A program made the translations under genes and the position numbers. A DNA stretch of 64,000 bases. Source: Acidobacteriota bacterium. GTDB taxonomy: Bacteria; Acidobacteriota; Terriglobia; Bryobacterales; UBA6623. The stretch lies in contig JAQCLD010000007.1 of the NCBI GenBank assembly GCA_027592785.1, forward strand, positions 7,995 through 71,994. Reading direction: 5' to 3'. Positions 58,818 to 64,000 of this stretch are shown in pieces (within the stretch, counting starts at the first letter, position 1; every line of letters starts with the position of its first letter). Below the pieces are notes generated by a model. That model was not told where the DNA came from and searched no databases. It saw nothing but the letters and a program-made list of their open reading frames with translations.

Positions 58818-58932
58818 TCGTTTCAGTTCCCTGCGCAGGCAAAAGGACAGCATAGCTGAGCCCGAACCACAGAGCAAAGCGCCCGGTCGGCAGTACGCAA
58901 GTGTTTAAATCCGGGTGTTCGGTTGACGGCGC

Positions 58933-59910
58933 TTAAGATTGGATGGTTTTGGCTAGCAGCTTCACGCACGAGTAGACGGCGTCGATCGAGGGCGTAGGCG
59001 TGTGGGTCAGCCGGCCCAATTCCGCCACCACGCCGACTAACGCCTCAAGCTCCAAAGGCCGCCCCGCTTCAATGTCTTGAAGCATCGACGTCTTATGCTC
59101 GCCGACTTGCTCCGCCCCCTCGATACGCTGTTCGATCGTGTGCCGGAACGTCACGCCGAGTTGCTCGGCGATTTCTTTGGCTTCAGTCATCATGCTCGCT
59201 GCCAGCTGGCGGGTGGGCGCGAAACGGCACATCTCGGCCAGCGTGGCTCGCGTCAAGGCGCTGATTGGGTTGAACGACAGGTTGCCCCACGCCTTAAGCC
59301 AGATCTGACTACGGATGTCGGTGAGCACCGGAGCGCGAAAGCCTCCCTTTGTGAAGACGGCGGAGATCGCTTTCGCTCTTTCGGTCTTGGCTCCATCCAG
59401 TTCCCCCAAAGGGAAACGCAATCCCTCGACGTGGCGGATAACGCCCGGCTCCGGCTTATCCGCTGCCGGATAGGCGATGCTGCCGATGATGCGTCCCGCG
59501 TCGATGTTCCGTTCGATCGCCCCGTCGGGATCTAGAGAGGACAAGCGCTTCCCGTCGAACTCCCCGCCCAGCTTCTGGAAATACCACCACGGTATACCGT
59601 TCTGTAGGGGCACCACGACGGTCTCGGCCTTGAATAGAGCCGGCAAATCATTGGCGACCTCTGAAATCTGATGAGCCTTGAGTGCCAGAATGACGACGTC
59701 GTGCTCGCCGGCCTCACTGATCTTGTCCGTCGCGGCGACATCCCGAGCCACCTGCTCATCGCCCTCAGCCGAGATGAGCTTTAGGCCGTGCTCGCGGATC
59801 GCGGCCAAGTGCGGACCACGGGCAATCAAGGTGACTTCTTCACCAGCTAACGCGAGTCTCGCGCCGATTAGGCCGCCTATGGCGCCGGCGCCTACTATGC
59901 AAGTTTTCAA
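58933..59910 (-). CDS. PanE/ApbA-family 2-dehydropantoate-reductase-like oxidoreductase
   Basis: N-terminal MKTCIVGAGAIGG Rossmann loop (TTG start) and a PanE-type C-terminal helical domain. Confidence 0.8.
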   Translation of the reverse strand: MKTCIVGAGAIGGLIGARLALAGEEVTLIARGPHLAAIREHGLKLISAEGDEQVARDVAATDKISEAGEHDVVILALKAHQISEVANDLPALFKAETVVVPLQNGIPWWYFQKLGGEFDGKRLSSLDPDGAIERNIDAGRIIGSIAYPAADKPEPGVIRHVEGLRFPLGELDGAKTERAKAISAVFTKGGFRAPVLTDIRSQIWLKAWGNLSFNPISALTRATLAEMCRFAPTRQLAASMMTEAKEIAEQLGVTFRHTIEQRIEGAEQVGEHKTSMLQDIEAGRPLELEALVGVVAELGRLTHTPTPSIDAVYSCVKLLAKTIQS

Positions 59911-60083
59911 TGTTCAAGTACCTTTATTCGATCAATAGAGCCGATGATCAAGACAGCTGAATTGTACCGTCTCGGGGCTCACCAAAGGGCCAACGGGAGC
60001 GGCGATTCGTTACTCCGAATACAGAGAGACGCAGCTTGCCTGCCTCCACAGAGTCAAGCGAAGCGAACGTCCGCGGCAACTGA

Positions 60084-60293
60084 GTGGGTCTTGCGTTCTC
60101 CCTGCTTTCGGCGCAACTTTTGTACCGCAGGCGGGTTCGTACTGCCAGAATGCCGGATCAGCGCCGCACTGCAATTGCTCTCAATCGATTTGGTCTCGGG
60201 GCTCGTCCCGATGAAGCCCCGCCGAACGATCCGGCGGCTTGGCTCAAAGAGCAATGCCCCGACTCCAGAAGGAGTTCGGGGCAAATGTTGTGA
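60084..60293 (+). pseudogene. Possible N-terminal relic of a DUF1800-family gene
   Basis: The 69-aa ORF contains ...RRTAIALNRFGLGARPDEAPPNDPAAWLKEQ, resembling the conserved N-terminal NRxGFGxRPGE...WL.EQ block of DUF1800 proteins (normally about 450 aa or more). It terminates 2 nt before the convergent moeZ-like stop. Confidence 0.35.
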
Positions 60294-60295
60294 CG

Positions 60296-61483
60296 TTAGT
60301 ACTTCGGAATGCTGGGATCGACGTCGTCGCTCCAGCGTAGGATGCCGCCCGTTAGGTTGGTGACGCGAGAGAAGCCCATCTCTTTGAGAATTCCTTGGGC
60401 TTTGGCGCTGCGCCCGCCCATCTTGCAATGGACGATGATGTCGGCCGTCGAATCAAGCTCGTCGACGCGCTGCGCGACTTGGCCGAGCGGGATCAAGGCC
60501 GACCCTTGGATCTTGGCGATGTCGTATTCGTGCGGCTCGCGTACGTCGAGGATGAAGATATCGTCACCGCGGTCCATACGCACTTTGAGTTCGAGGGGCG
60601 TAATCTCTGACATTCTTCCTTGCTCCTCCGCTTCGGCGGCCGCTTGCTGCGGGATGCCGCAGAACTCTTGGTAGTCGATCAGTTCTTTCACGGTCGGGTT
60701 GTCGCCGCAGACCGGGCACTCGGGGTTCCGCCGCAGCTTGAGCTCGCGGAACTTCATGTTGAGGGCGTCATAGAGCATGAGCCGCCCGCTCAGCGTCGTG
60801 CCCTTGCCAAGAATCAGCTTGACGGTCTCCGTCGCTTGGATCGAACCGATGACCGCGGGCAAGATGCCTAGGACGCCGCCTTCGGCGCAGCTCGGGACCA
60901 GTCCCGGGGGCGGCGGCTCGGGATACAAGCAGCGATAGCACGGTCCGTCTTCGTGGTGGAACACGGTCGCCTGACCTTCGAAGCGGAAGATCGAGCCGTA
61001 GGCGTTGGGCTTGTCGAGCAGCACGCAAGCGTCGTTGACCAGGTAACGCGTAGGGAAGTTGTCGGTTCCGTCGACGATGACGTCGTAATCCTTGAATAAC
61101 TCCAGCGCATTCGCGCTCGTCAGCGGCACGTTGTACTTGTCGATCTGCAGCGCCGGGTTGATGTCTTGCATCGAGTCGGCAGCGGAATCAATCTTCAGAC
61201 GGCCAACGTCTTTGGTGCCGTGGATGACCTGACGTTGTAGGTTCGTGACGTCGACGACATCGAAATCAACAAGACCGATGCGTCCGACGCCGGCAGCGGC
61301 GAGATAAAGGCCGAGAGGCGCGCCCAGACCGCCCGTGCCGATCATCAGCACTTTGGCGTTCTTGAGACGGCGCTGCCCTTCCATGCCGACTTCGGGCAGG
61401 ATCAAGTGGCGGCTATAGCGCAGAATCTCTTCGTTAGTGAGTTCAGGCAACGAAGACGCCGGCACTTGCGGAGCGGCAGCCAT
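60296..61483 (-). CDS. moeZ: MoeZ/MoeB-type E1-like adenylyltransferase/sulfurtransferase with C-terminal rhodanese domain
   Basis: YSRHLILPEVG, GTGGLGAPLGLYLAAAGVG, zinc Cys pairs CYRC...CPVC, and rhodanese active-site loop HCKMGGRS. Confidence 0.9.
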   Translation of the reverse strand: MAAAPQVPASSLPELTNEEILRYSRHLILPEVGMEGQRRLKNAKVLMIGTGGLGAPLGLYLAAAGVGRIGLVDFDVVDVTNLQRQVIHGTKDVGRLKIDSAADSMQDINPALQIDKYNVPLTSANALELFKDYDVIVDGTDNFPTRYLVNDACVLLDKPNAYGSIFRFEGQATVFHHEDGPCYRCLYPEPPPPGLVPSCAEGGVLGILPAVIGSIQATETVKLILGKGTTLSGRLMLYDALNMKFRELKLRRNPECPVCGDNPTVKELIDYQEFCGIPQQAAAEAEEQGRMSEITPLELKVRMDRGDDIFILDVREPHEYDIAKIQGSALIPLGQVAQRVDELDSTADIIVHCKMGGRSAKAQGILKEMGFSRVTNLTGGILRWSDDVDPSIPKY

Positions 61484-61485
61484 GA

Positions 61486-61761
61486 TCAGATTCCTCCGGC
61501 GATCGAGGGCACGATCGACACCGTATCGCCATCCTTAACAACGGTATCGTTGCGATCGAGGTAGCGGATGTCGTCGTCGTTGACATAGACGTTGACGAAG
61601 CTGCGCAGTTTGCCCTCGTCGTTGAAGATTTGCTTCTTTAGATCGGGGTACGCGTCGGTCAACTTGGTCAACATTTCGCCCGCGGTGGACGCACTGATAT
61701 CGACCGAGTCGGCACCGCCTGCGTACTGCCGCAGCGGCGTGGGGATGAGGATCTTCGCCAT
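61486..61761 (-). CDS. cysO: CysO/MoaD/ThiS-family sulfur-carrier protein ending ...SIAGG-I
   Basis: ...FVNVYVNDDDIRYL...GDTVSIVPSIAGGI. I read the terminal codons directly as GCC GGA GGA ATC TGA. Gaps of 2 nt to both the moeZ start and the JAMM stop. Confidence 0.85.
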   Translation of the reverse strand: MAKILIPTPLRQYAGGADSVDISASTAGEMLTKLTDAYPDLKKQIFNDEGKLRSFVNVYVNDDDIRYLDRNDTVVKDGDTVSIVPSIAGGI

Positions 61762-61763
61762 GA

Positions 61764-62186
61764 TTAGTCTCCGTGTTCTAGTGCTTCTTTGTCCGCGGCG
61801 GTCTGGTCGGCGTCAGGCAGCCAGGAGTTCGCGTGGTCAAACTTGCCCTGCTTAATGGACAGGACCACAAACGAATACCAGGGACAAGAGTTCTTCAAAT
61901 CCGTCTCTGAAAAATAGGCATCGCAATCGGGATGCGAGTGATAGATGCCGATGAGTTCTTTGCCTTGCTCGCGCGCGGCTCGATCGGCCTTCATCAGGTG
62001 ATCGGGGCTGAGTTGATAGTAAGCGCGCTGCGAGCCTTCGGCCGAGTTCTCGAGCTTCAACGCCGACTCAACGACCTTGTTGCCGTTGGTGATCGTGCCG
62101 ATCATCGCACCGACGCACTCGTTGGGATACGTCCCCTCGGCGTGGCTCTTCATTTCAGCAAAGGGCTGTGGTTCGATACGTAGCAT
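61764..62186 (-). CDS. mec: JAMM/MPN+ metalloprotease (Mec+/CysO-hydrolase-like)
   Basis: JAMM motif: upstream Glu (NECVGAM), then IGIYHSHPDCDAYFSETD. Confidence 0.85.
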   Translation of the reverse strand: MLRIEPQPFAEMKSHAEGTYPNECVGAMIGTITNGNKVVESALKLENSAEGSQRAYYQLSPDHLMKADRAAREQGKELIGIYHSHPDCDAYFSETDLKNSCPWYSFVVLSIKQGKFDHANSWLPDADQTAADKEALEHGD

Positions 62187-63112
62187 TAGTCGGTCCAGAA
62201 TTCGTCGCTGAGGTATTTGTCGGCGCTGTCGCAGAAGACGGTGACGAAGACTCCGCTGCCTGCCACGCGGGCGACGCGCAAAGCGGCGACGACGTTGGCA
62301 CCGGCCGAGATGCCGACCAGCAAACCTTCTTCGCGGGCGAGCCGCCTGACCATGGCGTGCGCGTCTTCGGTATCGACGGCAATGTTGTCATCGGCCAGCG
62401 TCGGGTCGTAGATCGACGGCACGATGGCAGTTTCCAGATGCTTCAAACCCTCTAGCCCGTGGAAGCCGGTGGAAGGCTGCATCGAAGTGAGCTTGACGTA
62501 AGGCGCCTTCTCGCGGAAGTAGCGTCCCACTCCAGTGAACGTGCCGGTCGTCCCAAGGCCGGTGACGAAGTGCGTGATACGTCCTTCGGTCTGCTCCCAA
62601 ATTTCAGGTCCCGTAGTGCGGAAGTGCGCCTGCCAGTTGGCTGGGTTGCCGTACTGGTCGGGGTAGAAATACTTTTCCGGGCTGGCTTGGTATTCGGCCT
62701 GGCAAGCGCGGATCGCGCCGTCGGTGCTCTCGCCGGCAGGCGTCAACACGATGTCGGCGCCGTAGGCCGCGAGGATCTTCTTGCGTTCGGGGGAGGCGTT
62801 CGCGGGCAAGAAGAGCTTGACCTTGTAGCCCTTAGCGGCGGCGATCATCGAGTAGGCGATGCCGGTGTTGCCGCTGGTGGCGTCAATGATGGTCTTGTCG
62901 GGCGTGAGCTTGCCGCTGCGCTCGCCGTCGAGGATCATGCTGAGCGCCGGACGGTCCTTGACGGAGCCGCCAGGGTTGAAATATTCGGCCTTGGCGTAGA
63001 TCTCGACGTCGGGCAAATCCGCAGCTACTTTGTTGAGGCGGATGAGCGGCGTGTTCCCGATCTGGTCGAGGATAAAGTGTGACTTTTGTTGCACTTGTGC
63101 GACAGCAGGCAT
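62186..63112 (-). CDS. cysM: PLP-dependent cysteine synthase, CysM-type (thiocarboxylate-dependent class by context)
   Basis: IGNTPLIRL..., PLP-Lys motif NPGGSVKDRPA, and TSGNTGIA. ATG 63112 (MPAVAQ) is preferred because the 84-codon track extension has no homology. The stop overlaps the JAMM start (TAATG). Confidence 0.9.
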   Translation of the reverse strand: MPAVAQVQQKSHFILDQIGNTPLIRLNKVAADLPDVEIYAKAEYFNPGGSVKDRPALSMILDGERSGKLTPDKTIIDATSGNTGIAYSMIAAAKGYKVKLFLPANASPERKKILAAYGADIVLTPAGESTDGAIRACQAEYQASPEKYFYPDQYGNPANWQAHFRTTGPEIWEQTEGRITHFVTGLGTTGTFTGVGRYFREKAPYVKLTSMQPSTGFHGLEGLKHLETAIVPSIYDPTLADDNIAVDTEDAHAMVRRLAREEGLLVGISAGANVVAALRVARVAGSGVFVTVFCDSADKYLSDEFWTD

Positions 63113-63197
63113 CGGCTCGCCAACTCCCAATTCCCGGCTCGCCAGCGCCTGGCGGAGAAGACTCCCAGTGTAGCAAGGGAGAATCTCCGCGTTCCCG

Positions 63198-64000
63198 CTA
63201 GAGATGCCGGGGATCGTTACGTCTCTTGGATGCCGGAAGTGGGGGAAGGTTGCAAGAAATCGGCACGCCGCGTCGGACCAGCATCGCTTCACCACCGGAA
63301 GCGTCAACGAGCAATTGAAGCAGTTGAACGACGACCGGCAAACGCATGGCCCAGCCCGCAACGGCCCAGCCGAGATGGATGTGCTCCAAAGCGCGTGCTA
63401 GACCTGCGACGCCTTGCTCCTCAGCGCCGTCACCAGCGTAAGTGATGCGTTCCAGATCGCGCGTTGGATGGCATTCGGCATCGAGGATGACCAGACCAAT
63501 GGGCCCGCGCCTCTCGAACCAGCGGCGGACTTGCGAGCAACGTCCGCAGCCACCGGCGACGTAGAGCGTAGCCGGCTGCTCGATATAAGGCCGTTTGCGC
63601 GGGAACCAATCACGCACGCTTTTCCGATAGCGAATCCAATCAGCGCCGAAACGCTTCTCTAGGTCTTGCGCCTCGCTCCACTTGGCGAAGCCCGCTCCGT
63701 AGACCACGGCAACTGCCGCGAAAGATGCGACCCACCAGCTTTCTAGCCAAGCTCCCCAGGCGAAAAGAACAAGCGCCATGGAGAACTGCATCGGGTTGGC
63801 GAGATAGGCGTAGGGGCCTGTCCTAACGAGTCTCCTCGGCGGGTCGAAAGGAATCGGGGTGCCGCCGTGGCGGGCGAACTCAACGGCCGCCGCCAAACCG
63901 GGCAGTCCGAGGACGAAGAACGCCTGCGCGAATAGCCCATTGGTCCAGCCCGGCCTCGTGAAAAGCCGATCCCAGCCGCCGCCGGTTACAAGGAACGCCG
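63198..64000 (-). CDS. ICMT/PEMT-like membrane methyltransferase domain fused to a DCC-type (CxxC) thiol-disulfide oxidoreductase-like domain; 5' end beyond the window
   Basis: RLVRTGPYAYLANPMQ (ICMT-type motif) followed by LYVAGGCGRCSQVRRWF... (DCC/DUF393-like). I translated upstream of the track TTG start (63896), and the frame stays open to 63998, so the gene is 5'-truncated by the window edge. Confidence 0.55.
   Translation of the reverse strand, partial: AFLVTGGGWDRLFTRPGWTNGLFAQAFFVLGLPGLAAAVEFARHGGTPIPFDPPRRLVRTGPYAYLANPMQFSMALVLFAWGAWLESWWVASFAAVAVVYGAGFAKWSEAQDLEKRFGADWIRYRKSVRDWFPRKRPYIEQPATLYVAGGCGRCSQVRRWFERRGPIGLVILDAECHPTRDLERITYAGDGAEEQGVAGLARALEHIHLGWAVAGWAMRLPVVVQLLQLLVDASGGEAMLVRRGVPISCNLPPLPASKRRNDPRHL

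Noticed and set aside
1-64000. CRISPR arrays, rRNA genes, IS elements or transposases, toxin-antitoxin pairs and recognisable defence systems
   Set aside because: I did not recognise regularly spaced identical repeats, rRNA-like conserved blocks, transposase motifs (DDE or HUH) or defence-gene motifs anywhere in the window.

Overview
This is a high-GC, densely coding bacterial chromosomal segment. All calls come from reading the sequence and supplied translations, with motifs recognised from memory and no database search. I support about 55 protein-coding genes, one tRNA-Leu(CAA) and two short gene relics. I found no rRNA, CRISPR array or intact mobile element. The gene content (PSCyt/DUF1549/DUF1553 plus DUF1501 pair, a 976-aa BamA, DUF885, sigma54 regulators) suggests an Acidobacteriota- or Planctomycetota-like soil organism, but that is inference only.

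Backbone genes:
- bamA, a SurA-like chaperone gene and a TamB-like gene. The TamB-like ORF runs off the left edge and is missing from the ORF track.
- accB-accC and dnaE-accA.
- gltB-gltD.
- A long co-directional array: sigma54 response regulator, histidine kinase, lipoprotein, pilM, pilN/AMIN fusion, pepP, accB, accC.
- A Cpx-like triad of kinase, OmpR-type regulator and Spy/CpxP-like protein.

Regions worth a second look:
1. 55880-59910: a candidate oxalate module made of an OFA-type MFS transporter, an AAE3/Pcs60-like oxalate-CoA ligase and a PanE2-like reductase.
2. 60296-64000: a complete MoeZ-CysO-JAMM-CysM sulfur-carrier cysteine pathway. The CysO homolog ends in GG-I, one residue past the diglycine.
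3. 42344-47053: an ABC exporter, a MauE/DoxX-thioredoxin fusion, a PaaK/F390-type adenylating enzyme and an LpxL-like acyltransferase whose catalytic His appears to be replaced.
4. 48244-50520: tRNA-Leu flanked by a tyrosine-integrase C-terminal relic, AT-rich DNA with 15-bp-periodic repeats, and an orphan CarH/LitR-type B12 photoreceptor regulator.
5. 50521-55554: a PSCyt/DUF1553, DUF1501 and secreted cupin trio of unknown function.

None of these is proven novel. Each needs homology searches and neighbourhood comparison.
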